Source: Anthoceros angustus
Lineage: Eukaryota > Plantae > Anthocerotophyta
NCBI GenBank assembly: GCA_010909165.1
Contig: VJWM01000068.1
Coordinates: 1,302,001 to 1,366,000 of the forward strand
Reading direction: 5' to 3'
Length of the DNA stretch: 64,000 nt
Shown piece after piece: positions 10,695-22,939 of the stretch. Positions within the stretch are counted from its first letter, which is position 1. Every line of letters begins with the position of its first letter. The translations under genes were made by a program, and so were the position numbers. Under the pieces are notes generated by a model, which saw only the letters and a program-made list of their open reading frames with translations, did not search any database and was not told the origin of the DNA.

Positions 10695-12261
10695 GCTTTA
10701 CAGCTGGGGCAACATCTCGTCTTTGTCTAGCAGGCCAGGGCCTGATACCTCCCAAGCTGCTCGCAAGTTGTGCTCAGTGAAAGCGTTCGGGATCGGACAT
10801 GGAGCGAGAAAGGAAGGAAGGAAGGAGGCAAACGAAGGCCCCCCGCGGCGAGGTCCGATCCCTGTCCCCAAACCTTGGGGTTCGATGCAACCCTGGGCAT
10901 GCACCCGTCGCCTAAGGCTAACGCAAACTTAATGAGCCCTGCCATTCGTACCGCCCGTGTGGCCACGCACCCCGATGCAAAGCTGAGAGGCATGAGGCGG
11001 CATGCCTCTCTTTCTTTCCGGCGTCTCCTTCTCCGGCAACGGCCGTCCGTCGTCGCTCCTGTCAATGGCTCCCTCCGCCCTTCTCTCAACGGCTCCCGTC
11101 CGCGCTTCTCTCAACGCCGTCCGTCCGCACCTGGTCACCCGTATGTGGTCTCAACCTGTTCACCCATCCCTGTTCTCGTTCCTAATGCGCGAAAACGAAC
11201 GTTCAAGTATCTATAACCCGCTTCTAATGCGGTTCAGTTCAGAGGAAGCTTGACGGGTACGATCGAGCAAGCGAGCGGCAGTTTCTCCAATATCGTGATG
11301 TCAGCAAAATGGAACATTTGCCTCACACTCAAGTGCAGACACTGGAGCCCGGCATCCTCAGCAGTGAATGTGTGAAGCGCGCTTACATTCTTGCTGACCG
11401 TCGTGTAGGTGATTTTATTGCAGGTGAGAAAGCAAATGCTTGCTTTCCCACCTGCTTCATCAAGCTGCGTCATTGGGGGAAGACCGTGGAATCAAAGCAG
11501 CATGTCAAAGACACACAAGGAAGCGAGGTGACAATCTACCATTGTCAGTACGGGCCTGATGACTGTCGTGGGGAGGCTGCTATGACGGCTTCTTTCCTTG
11601 CTCCAAATGTGAGCCCAAGACAGGGGCGGGGCGGGCAGTAGACGTCCAACGATGAGTAAGAAACGTGGATGCCTCTTCCAATTTGTGTTTTGGATGGACG
11701 TCAACACACACTTAGTTTTCTATCCTGAGAATCTGCTGTTTCAAGCATGGCTCCAACCAGTTTTGTGCTCGGTCACACCGTTCATGTTGGAGATAATGGT
11801 TGCACGGGGGCATAAACTCTATCATAACTATGGATGCCACCTTCGGATTGAATAAGTGGCATTTCCAGCTGGTCAGTTTGTTGGTGTTCGATAACTTCAT
11901 GAACGGGATTCCAGTGGCTTGCACCACATTACTGCAGGTCGGTCCTGGTGGACGCTGCCCACCACGCTGACGCGACCTTCGGTGATCCTCATTCCCAGCC
12001 ACTCGCTTCCCGATGACGTCTTCAGCTTCAGCCCCACGCTTGACGTGCGTCCGCGCCGCGTCCGGTATCCCTGACAACATCGTGTTTCCAGCAAGCACTG
12101 CCTGGCGCCAGTCAAATGGCAGTGAAATCAGTAAAAGATGACATTCTATACACCAGTTCAGTTGTGTGTCGACCAAAGCCGGGACCCTCTGGCACCAATT
12201 CTGTACGGTCCGCTCGCGAACTTCCAAAACGGTGACCGGAGTCGTGTTGTTCCTTCATCCG

Positions 12262-12563
12262 CTTCAGGGCTTCAGGGCTTCAGGGCTTCAGGGCCTGGGC
12301 TTGAGGCTTCAGGCCTGTGGCTTGAGCAGGCTTGAGGCCTGAAGTGGCAGGCTGTGGCCTTGAGGCTTGAGGCAGGCAGGCTGTGAGGCAGGCCTGTGGC
12401 TTGGCAGGCTTGAGGCTTGAGGCTGTGGCAGGCCTGTGGCTTGAGGCCTGCAGGCTTGAGGCAGGCCCAGGTGGCCTTGAGGCCTGTGAGGCTGTGGCCC
12501 AGGGGCCCAGGCTGTGGCCTGTGGCAGGCTTGAGGCCTGTGGCCTTGGCCTTGAGGCTTGAGG
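12262..12563. repeat. Degenerate GC-rich simple repeat (cttcaggg / ggcttga / ggcctgt units)
   Basis: About 300 bp of low-complexity sequence. The paralogous position (~56600-56620) has only ~2 cttcaggg units. Confidence 0.85.
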
Positions 12564-15500
12564 CACTTCCCTTTAATCTTGCGCGCTCTTCATACCAAGT
12601 TCTCACATGAGAGATGTGGGCTGCGGCGTGAGAAAGGCTGAAATGGTGGTGTTCGAAGGTGCGTAGAGAGGAGCCGTTTTGGGAGGATTGCGTCATTCAG
12701 TCCAGCGAGTTTTGGGAGGATTGCGTCATTCAGTCTGAAGATGGCCGATGTCATACTGTTGCTGTGAACTGAACAGACCAGGCTGATGAGAGATTGATAC
12801 TTGACTGTTGGCATCCCACCTGACATAAGCCATGTGATTTGGATGCAGATGTGCATGTGATGTGATATGTATATTGCCCATGGATGGTATGCACATGGTA
12901 TGTATGCATGAGAGATGGTTGAACATATCTAGATAGATGATGTGTCATGGTACATACATAGGTTAGCAAATCTATATAGAAAATACCTAAAAATCATAAA
13001 CCAAGGAAAAGGGCGAGTAGGTTGTTAGTGGCCATATGTATTATTTATCCATAGGCCAAGAAGAAGTAGGATTATAGTAGACTCAAGTGCCTACCATTGG
13101 TACAAGGAGGCACGTCATCGAGAGTTCTTGGGGTTTGGCCTATATATGCCTACCTAGCCATGGATTCTTGGATTGTAGATGTTTGTCGAAAGGAAAGGCG
13201 CCATACTTACTCCCTCGGCTTGTCTCATTTCTCTCTTGTGACCTTTGGGAACCGCATTGTCAAGTGGGAGCCTCAGGCAACCAACTTGATTTCACCACAT
13301 CTACAATCCCATCTGTTGCTTGGAGAATTGAGTCGGTTGCATTGGAGGATATAGTGGCGCACTGGAGACCGGAAGAGGCGGAAATCGATCATCTTCCAGG
13401 AGAGACTACGATCCAAGGCGGCCGAGCAGGCTCCACGGATAAGGCGGGACGATGGATAGGAATTCTACCATCGATTTCACGCCGTTGTAGAATCGACCAT
13501 TCGAGTTGGCTAGGACTCACTGACAGTCCACCGCATATGTGTGGGAGCGTCTCTGGATAGAAAAGCACTGCTCTTTTTTTAGCTAGTTGGGTAGTTGAGC
13601 TAGGATTGCCGTTTGACAACATTCCTCATGTCAAGCATAGGAATTCGTGATGGTATTTTTGAGTCATTTGGACTAACGAGGACACTGCTCCGTCCTCGTC
13701 TAGAAAGGGGACAAGGTCCACGGATCACCTTTCAAAAGACCACAGACAACGCCCATCACAAGATCTCGGTTTGAGGCGGGCGAGCCGATTCAAATGGAGC
13801 TAGAGAACACCGCAAAATGAGTTTTCAGGAAAACATGGGAGTATGTCACTTGCGGATTTTGAAGAGAAGTTCAGGGAATGGCGGAAAACAAAGATGAAGT
13901 ACAAGGACTAGTTCACTTAGAGGAATGGCCTCATGAAGATGTCGATCTCGTGGTGAGGCGTTGATGTACTACGAGGCGAGAAGAAGGACATCCGTGTTGG
14001 CGGAGAAGCGAGCAATAAACCTCAGAGGGAGTCACGGTGGCAAGCCACTCCTCCCGTCAAGGAGGCGAGCTAGAGCATTTGGTTGATCTCATGTTTGAAA
14101 GATTGAAGGACATGTTTCCCATATCGTGGAGAAGATTCGAGTTTGGGTTTAGCTTCAAGTCAATGAGGCCTGAGGCGTCATACATCAAAGATCTTGGTGG
14201 AGGACACGGATGTGAAGACCATGCGGGAGCTGAAATTTTCATGGCTGCGATGCCGGCCAGACAGTGAAGGAAGGTAATGGATGCTCTTCATGGTGCTCAT
14301 GGAGAAAAGTATGGTTTGGTAGCCTACAAGATTGCGGAGAAGGTGCTAAAGGGATCTTTGTCGATCAAGCATACTGAGGATCCAATTTGATCGGAGCAGC
14401 ACTTCTTATGGCTGGACAAGGAGGATCCAGATTCAGCATAAGGGTCGGCGAGAGCGATTTCCCGTGGTCAGCATCACGAGAGGAGGAGGTGAACAAGCCG
14501 GTCACTATCAAATATGGCGGTCTGGTGGTGCACATAAGTCATTTGAATGTGACTTGACTGGAGGCCGAAGCAAGGAGGTTTAAGGCTTGTGGTCGATGGG
14601 GCCCACATAGAAGTCGCATGTTGGGAGGCTCATCAGGCTCAAGCCCAAGGCGGGCGGTGAAAGGAGAAGGGCAAAGGCCCTAGTCGCAAGGCTCTTCTTG
14701 CATGAGTTGAAGAGATGCGAGCGGATGGCTAACATGGCGGCGAGTCGGACCACGCATTCTCTTCTCGACTCGGATGAAGAGGTGTATGGCATGGCGATTC
14801 GAAGAAGAAGAAGGTCTTGACCTCGGAGAAGGGGTTCACTACAAGGACACGTCGAGCGAGGCAGAGCAAAATGCACAAGTTTAGGCAAGTTGATGATGGT
14901 ACTTGTGCGGTGCTTCTAACCGGAGGTGGATGTGGAAGCACATTGGAGAAGGCCATGGAAGTTCACATGGTCAATTCTTTGGAGCTTGGACTCAAGAGTT
15001 CACATTTCAAAAGATCATGAGAGAATGGATCGGGAAAGAGATGGAAGTCGATTCGCTTGATGTACTGCGAGGAGACCATCTAAAGCACGAGCGTCGAGGT
15101 AAAGGAGGTGTTGCCATGATTGACAAGCAGATTACCTTTGATGGCTTTGCACGGTCAATGTCTTTGGTGGATCTTGGCAGATCCGGTCTTGTTGGGAGCT
15201 CGTGCGGCTCTCTCAATGTATGGCGCAAGGCTGGTACTAAGCGATAGCATCACTACTTGCGGTACCAAGGAAATGGTGATGGGGATGACCGACCGATCAA
15301 GATCGAGTTGAAGCAAGCCTGAGAGGATGCAACCACAATGGAGTACGTGCTTGGTGACTGTACATATCTTATGATGTGTTGTTGTGGCGGATGCTACACA
15401 TGGCCATGGGAGTTGATCATATGAAGAAGCCTTCTATCGACCATATGGAAGCAAGGGATTTTCGCGGTGCGACTATTCCTCAACATGAGCAAAAGTGGTA

Positions 15501-16878
15501 GAAAGAAGGCGGTGAAGGATGCCCGGCAAGCCACGGCGAGATGGCCCGGAACGAGATGGCTTCGGTGCTCAAATTGAGCACGAGATGTGGGAGGCAGGAT
15601 TGTCCTCGGGAGCAAGAAACCAGCGGAAGGAAGTTGAAGATTGCGCTCACGAGCACCTTGAGGAGGCAAGGGTTCGAGAGAATCGGCGGAAGGAGAATCG
15701 CCCGTGGAATCTCATAACACATGTCACAGAGATCCATGCTCAAGCCGCCAAGGCGGAGGAAGGCAAATGATGGTAGTCGATGGAGAGCAAGCTCGGTATT
15801 CACTGTTAGAATGTGCTCGGGGAATCGGCTGGATTGGGCGGTGCTTCAATGTGGCATCAAGGTTTGCGGCTACACCTATGTGGAAAAGGCGAGAAGGCTA
15901 GAGTCGTGGCAGTAATTCTCGGGTTGTGCAAGCTATTTCCATCTGCTAAGAGAAGGCGTGAGAGGTTGTCGAGGCGAGGCTACCCACGGATCAAGCTTGT
16001 GGGAAAAGCACAAGCTCCGTCGATGGACATGATCATCGAGGATGGGAATGTAACCTTCTCGATGTGGGGAAGAGGAAAAAGGTGTTTCCCTTCACGAGGT
16101 CGAGGTTGTGAGGAGGTTCAACATGAATCCCGGATCTTTGGTATCTTGGAAAAGCGTATGTGGAGCGTTGGACAAGCGTCCATCAGCATGTATGAGGAGG
16201 TTCGATCATGGTTCGACAATGAGTTGGTTATTGATCTTTGTGTGGCTCTTATGCACAGATTCGCGATTATTGGACCAATGTTGCGGGACTTGAGACGAGG
16301 CAAACGAACACTCATCGGTTCCACCACGGAAGGCTGATGACGTTCTGGAAGGTGCTCACAAAGTCGAAGATGGACAAACTTTTTATCCGATGAAAAGGAG
16401 TTGGTGAAGCTAGGAGGGCATGGCCGACTTTGGTAAGCATACAATCTTATGCATTCGAGAGGAGGAGATGGCATGATCCTAGACTTGAAGGGAGGAGCTA
16501 GGAGGCTCAATGTTGAGGAGCAGACAAGCCATGGGGTTTGCCAAGAAGTCGCAAACCATGGGTGTGAGTGAGGCGTCAGATGATTCTTGGACGGGCATTT
16601 GACTGTCACATTTAAGATGGTTAGTGAGCATTGGATTGGCATTTCTTGGCGGTGGTGAGGGAAGAAAGAAATGCAGTAGCGAAGATGGAAAGAGAGGCAG
16701 ATGAAGAGGAAGGAACCCGAGACACGTTATGTTTTTGTGGAATTTGAACCAAGAGTGTCACCAAGGAGGTTCACATCTGGAAGATTGATGAGGACATCAG
16801 TCCAGAGGACAAGCAAAGGATCATCGACATGCTCGAGAAGAACATAGGTGCTTTTGCATTCAGTTGGAGTGAGCTTGG

Positions 16879-19800
16879 TGTGGAGTTGGTTTTTTGCATC
16901 TGAAGATGCAAGGAGGCCACATTTACCCTCTATGTCGTTATAGTCCTAGGATTCGATCCCAAGGGAATGGTTTGGCGTCAAGATGTTCTAAAACTATGGA
17001 CTCTAGACTTACCCCGTCGATCACTATCTCCCCCCCTTATCCAGCTACCATACCCAAACCCACCACCGTGGAAGACTCGGTCACTGCAGTGGCTGGTTCA
17101 ACCACCGTGGCGGGTCCCACCACCATGCAGCGGGTGACTGACTATTTGTCACCGCTTCCTTGAGACCTTGGGGTTATGGACATACACACACACCTACACG
17201 CGCCCTCTCTTTGCTTCCGAATTCCATGGATCCTTCCGGAGTTTTATGCAACGACCTCAAGTGCTGCGGCGCCTCACTCCACCGCTATTTCCCCGCGACC
17301 CCACCACTCACTTCCACTCTCCTTAATCATTTCGCGATTCTCCCCACACACACTCACAATCCCTTACAGCGCGCACTCGTTTGCCCTTTCGGGTCCTTCC
17401 CCTTCCTAAATAAATCCTCTCTTCCTCTACGCTCCACGGGCCCCACTTTGGGCCACGGACCCCTCACTTTGGGCCACATGACCCCTCTTGGGCCACAGAC
17501 CCCTCTCATGGAATAAAACACGCCTGGTGGCAGCAGTTGGAAAAGAAGATCAGGAAAGAAACACGTGCTTGGCGGTTCTTGGCGATCTTCCGCCGTCGTC
17601 TCCCTACCTCTTTTCGGCTCTTCGCCGCCGTGGGCCACCCTCCGCTCCTCACGCCACAGTCTTCCGGCCTTCTTCTCGATCACCACTTGGAGTGTTGCTC
17701 GTTCGGAAGAACCAGCAGTGGCTGGCCCAGTCAAGATGTCGCAATAGTTTGCCCCTCATCCCAACAACCACATACATTTAGGTGAGCTCACCATGCGAGC
17801 GGCTTGAGGACATGAGCATCCTCATCCGAACCTTGACTGTCGCCCTTCGATATAGAGGTCCTTACCCTCTCCGTGGACAATCACGGTGCTGCTTTGGGTT
17901 TCGAGATCTGCCGCTCCTCTGATACTCTGGTGGCTTCCCCCCACCGGTTCCTTCTTCCTTGACGGTGGTGGTTTAGCCCGTGGTGGTCCCTTCCCCGGTG
18001 GTGGCCTCTGCGATTCTTTGTAGCTCTGCCCTTCTTGGTTTAGTCGCCTCTCTCTCTTGACAGCCTAGCTTCATCTCTCTCGCTTGTATCTCTTGGGTTC
18101 TTGAATTTCTCCGGGCGCCATTGTTTCCACCGCTCTGGACTCATGAGACCTCATCTTGAAGCTCTTCAATTGTAGCATCGCCCCTACTGATTTACTAAGG
18201 CCTCTGTTGGGTGGACATGGCCCTTAAGCTCACCCTTGCATAGGGCCGCCTCGCATTCCGTCTGCGCTCCTCTGCCACCTTGTTCTCGCCTCTCCAACTT
18301 TTCCTTGAGCAACTTTTCTGTTACCTCGGCCGGTGAGAGCCATGGCTGCAGTCGAGGAGATCACTTCGTCGAGCCATGGCGAGTCGGGCTGTAGATTCAA
18401 TTGGGCTGCCCGTGCCCATTCCCTCCAACAATTCTATGGGCGGTGTCACTGTCCACTTGGTGGTCGGTGAAATGTCGCCAAAATGTTAGAGACTCCAGCT
18501 CGCGGTTGGCTCTAACCCCTCTTCTTCTAGGGGTTGGTTTGCCACTACTTCCTCATCATCTCTCTCCTAGCGTGACTCCTCCCTGCAGAGAGGCACAACT
18601 TGTCGTTTCCCTTTTATTTTCTCCTCCTTCAGCGTTCCTGCTTTGATTTCGACTGGTGACCCTAGGTGTATGTGGGTTCCTCTTACTGCTGTGTCCTTCC
18701 CTTCTTGGACCCGTTCGTGTCAGCTTCTTGCCCTTGAAACCTCCCACCTTCATCAAGATCTTCTGGGAGGCGCACTCCCAAGCTTTTGGAATTTCCCGGA
18801 ATCCTCCTTACACTCCTCTTCCTCTACCTTGGGTTCCGGCCGGTTTCCGGCTATGAAGGCGGACCAACTCCGTTCAGTTAGACACGGAATGTGAATACAT
18901 GAATTAGAAAAGGTGAAATCAAGGAGGGCCGAGGAAGGGGAAACAAGTCGCCCTCCTCGGCTCTCTCAAAGATCATCCAATCAATTTGTGTACCTTTAAC
19001 CACCTCATGAAGAAAGACGAGTAGTGCATATGATCAATCAGCATTACCTTGGCACAAAATCCACCCCATTTGCTTGAACACGAGTTAGCGTCACCCATCC
19101 ATTGTTCACCCTCACTTCTCCCGGGCTTCATGGCGCGGGCTGCGGCTCTCGAGGTCTTCTTTCTCGGGGTCAATTACCAAGCTTCCATCCTCTGCTTCTC
19201 GCCCTGCTTTCGAAAGAGCCCCAAATCCAGTTTGCGGCCTCTTTCTCGCGTCTCCCTTCTTGACACAGTTCTCAGTGGCGCACTCTTGCACCAATCTTTG
19301 AGGTCGTAACACCATTTCTTCTCCATAAATTCCAGACCAACTCCTGCAGGTGCTCTCACCTTCCGATGGTCCATGTTGGGCCTTTGCATGGGATTTGGCT
19401 CGCGCCATCTCCCTTTCTCCTTGTTTCCCAAAGAAGAATCTAAACCCACTGCGGGGTCGAGAAGAGGAACACCACCCTTGCCTTCTCCCCTTGCGCTCTT
19501 GCCTCAGCGCCTCCTTTCCTCCTCCTTCGCTGCCAGCGCTGGTTTCCTCCGCCGCCCGTTCACTGGTGGCCGCGCCTCCTACCTGCAGTGACGAGACTCG
19601 GGCGTTGCATCGCGGATTTCTGCTCGCTCGGCGTCTGGCGGAAATTCGCGACCTCGCGGTCTCTTTGGGTGTCTCTCGATTTCTCCATTGTCCGGCCCGC
19701 TCGCCACTAGGGTTGTAAACTCCCACAGTGCATCGTCCGTTCTTGACCATATGGTGGGCGGCACCTCCCGCTGCATGGCTGTGGCGGGATGGGCACCTCA

Positions 19801-20037
19801 GCATATATAGACACTTTCTTATTTCTAAATTACCAAAACCCAGGACTCTATTTCCAACCTACCTATCCAGGGGTGAAAACCTAAGGTCAAAAATTATTAT
19901 CCCAAGGGCCAGGACCATTCTCGTATAAAAGACCTTGCAGGCGATTCTCACAAACACTTTGCTATACAAACACTCCCAAAACAAAAAAAATCGTTCATCA
20001 GACACTTGGAGAGGGTTAGTGTATGTGGTCTTTCACA
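16879..20037 (-). mobile_element. 3.16-kb solo LTR (or LTR-bounded remnant) inserted in the gypsy pol
   Basis: TG...CA termini with a 5-bp TSD CTTGG (16874-16878 and 20038-20042). Both ends are homologous, in reverse orientation, to the ends of the solo LTR at 42877-44674. Confidence 0.85.
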
Positions 20038-21324
20038 CTTGGTAGGATGATAAGATCAAGTTCAAGATTGTTGCCACCACGAGCCTATCTTCAAGAGAAG
20101 GCATAGGTTGAGTCCAGCAGAGTGGGAGATTGTGGACAAGCATTGCCAGGAGCTGTTTGAAGCAGGATTGATTGAAATCAGTGAGTATCTTTTGCTGGCC
20201 GTCCAGCGAAGGGGCGAAAATGGTGAGTGGAAGGACAGAAGAATGTGTGGGGACTATCGATCTGATGGAGCGGTACCCCATGCCTACTCCAGATGAGATC
20301 TTTGATGCAATTGGTAAGGCAAAGTACTTTACCACTTTGGATTTCGGCAGTTTCAACGGATCGTGATTGAAAGAAACGAATAAGTGCAAAACGGCTTTGT
20401 GGGGAAAGGACCAACTCTAGGAATGGAGACTATGCCCTTTGGGCTGAAGAATGCTTCCATATACTTCGGAGAATTGCAGTTTGGGCTGCAAGATTTGCCG
20501 TTGTGCGTTGTTACATTGATGACATCCGGTTTCAGACACCATCGAGGAACACATGGATCATCCGGAGACTTCTCTGCAAAAAAAATCCGTCGAAAGCTCA
20601 TCCAAAAAAAACATATAATGTTCTTTCAAAATTGAATAATGAGCGGTTCGAGCGATTGCCGTAGGTTCCTCTTTCTTGTCCCTTACCAATTCGCTCTAAA
20701 GTAAGCCAGCGGAAGCTTGTTGGACCGCACTATGCAAGACTCAATAAAGCCTAGTTTACAAGATACATTGTTTTATTTAATGGACCTATAGAAAATACTT
20801 TCTTGGTTTTGGCCACCATCGGTAAATTTGTAAGAGAAAACCTAAACATTTATTAAAAGCGTTAGACCGTTCAAGTCATTACCCTAAACCCATAGTAGGA
20901 TGCCGGCATACCAGTGGCCTTGCACATAAAACTCATGGTCAAAACGTGCTTGATGCTAGGTTTACGGGGCATTACATGTGTCTGGTTGGGATCAACTGGG
21001 ATTACGCTACACACATGCGGATACATCGAGGGGACGGTAATGTTTCTAAGACTATCATCGGGTCTTGAAAGTGTCTCGCCTTCATTGCCTCTGCATCATC
21101 TTCCTCTATCCCATCAACCACGTCTGAGGCCATCTTGTGTCTAGTGTTTGTTGACCCTCATCCAAAGGTCTCAGTATGTTCTTTCATTCTCCACAGCGAC
21201 AAGAGGCACTGTCAGCCTTTCCAATTTCTTTTCACTCCATAAACCTCCTTGGCCCAGGCGAGATATTCCTCGGTGCGGCTCATGGGTGAGCTCCTCTTAC
21301 GCATCAGCAATACTTCATATCCAT

Positions 21325-21978
21325 GCACTCGCTGCGGAATGAACTCACACACACCTCTTGTCGGCCTCAATAGAAATACAATGGCGGCGGACAACAAAGC
21401 GACCATCAAAGATGTCCCACTCACGAACAAGCATCCACTATCCGATCGCCTTCTTTGGAGAATGTCTTGATGAGCTTCATCATTAACCCCAAAGGCCTTT
21501 GGTAGGGGCAGACGACAAGTTTGTCGAGTGAATGATATAACAATTTCTTCACCACGATATCGTGGCCAATCACCGATCTTCCATTGTTAAATGTGCCTCA
21601 TAGCATTCGGTAACATATGCCGTTGCAAGTCACTTGTCTTCCTCAAACCCCATCCTCATCACATACTCAACAAGATGTCAGACCCACCTTTGTCATTGTT
21701 TACGTTTGTCTTGTCCGAACGAAATGATCCCACCACTTCCGCATAGCCTCTCTCACCAAATGGGCATCTTCAACACCATGCATGATTATCATCCGATCTT
21801 GATCACATTATTAAATCATGGAAGAGTGCAAAACATTTCCACTTGCCAAATATCAAAGCGTCCGTCCTTGGGCCTTTCTCGAAACCAGGTACATCCATCA
21901 CAAACAAAGAGTACCTTCTCTTCCTCACGTACCTCGCATGTCGAGGATATCTCGTCCATGTACGATGCACTTTTTGCA
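21325..21978 (-). pseudogene. Beta-class DNA amino-methyltransferase domain (N6-adenine/N4-cytosine, N6_N4_Mtase-like), frameshifted, inside the CACTA element
   Basis: Hand translation across frameshifts: IVHG(R)DILDM..RRYSLFVMDVP(G) [motif IV-like, DVP at 21895-21887] ... VEYVM ... open stretch GTFNNGRSVIGHDIVVKKLLYHSLDKLVVCPYQRPLGLMMKLIKTFSKEGDRIVDACS / SGTSLMVALLS / RHCISIEADKR / CEFIPQRV. This matches the HPTQKP..L..LI...S..GD.VLDPF.GSGTT..AA...GR..IGIE pattern in beta motif order. Confidence 0.82.
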
Positions 21979-22939
21979 CTAATCTCGAATTGGGAGTGTT
22001 TGATTAGCATTAATTAATCTTTGCTCATCTCTAAGTAAGTCCATGTGTTAATTAATCTTTATAATTAATTTTGATTGTTAAATTAATATTATTATGTTAA
22101 TTAAGCATTGAATATTAATTACATATTGCATGAGAGGAAACCAATAATATCTTTAACAGCCGGCCTTCATAAATACGGAGCATGAGATAGCCATACATTC
22201 GCCAAGAAAGGCGGGCGGCATATCGCATGCGGGTCCCTTGAGGCCGTGCCAGCAGTAGCCCTTGGCGGGCGTCGGATCACGCGCCGCAATCGGGCGTTGT
22301 GAGGAGGAGATGCGGGCATGGGAGCGGGTCCCAAAGGGTGCGCCACGGGCGGCTCCCAGGTTTCACCCTTCAAACCACATCATTAAATCACTTCAAATTA
22401 TAGCAATTACCTGCCCTCAAGTGGACGTGAATTGAAGGAGTCCATCCTCGTCTTGGATTAGTTGTCTGCTCATCCTCAGCCTTGATATTCACTTAAATAA
22501 TTGTTGAAATTCCCTTAACACCTCGATATCCTTTCTGCATGAGAGGAAACCAATTATTCATTCGCCCTTCGCCGACCAGGAAGATGCCGGCCAGCCTTCG
22601 CTTTGGAATGAGAAAATAGGCATCTCCGCCCTCTGTCCTCATGTCCAGCCCGCATCTGCTTTCTTCTGCTCAAAGACGGCCACCCATGTTCTTTCCCATC
22701 ATTCCTTGAAGATCTTGTCACTTTGGCGAGACTTTTGTTTCGGCTTCAAGATAAGAGTTACATCTTTGTATTTGATCATCCTAACCTCATCGTTGTGCCT
22801 TAAGTTCCGGTCATTCGTATGCCGTCCAGTCGGTACATGCACTCTCCGCCTTATCTAACTTGCTCAATAAATCAGAAGCTTCACGGCTTCTGTTGCAGTT
22901 TGCTCATCTCTTGTAAAGTCGGTAAGAAGCCTCTATCCA

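Larger units (their letters stand above)
6412..12750 (+). repeat. Segmental duplication, half 2 (matches ~51724-56905)
   Basis: actcct..catgccttgtcac..agatcggataacgctaagtatg is at both starts. Colinear through the PPR remnant and LecRK to gaggattgcgtcattcagt..gaagatggccga, apart from a 1020-bp indel and a repeat expansion. Confidence 0.95.

Noticed and set aside
11712-12227. LRR-receptor fragment (LAGNTMLSGIP)
   Set aside because: Spacing does not fit the LRR C-cap and there are no LxxLxLxxN repeats; left unassigned.
12262-12563. Interstitial telomeric repeat (TTCAGGG-like)
   Set aside because: Only 3-4 such units are present, and the rest does not follow a telomere consensus.
13622-13665. 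tRNA-Met primer-binding site
   Set aside because: tggtattttt matches only the first 6 nt and is ~30 bp from the putative LTR end.
17000-19900. GC-rich ORFs inside the solo LTR as real genes
   Set aside because: They overlap in many frames, are low in complexity and show no recognisable domain.
21230-21290. Chromodomain after the methyltransferase (EEYLAWAKEVYG)
   Set aside because: Only a loose echo of EYLVKW.GY; the other chromodomain positions are not recognisable.
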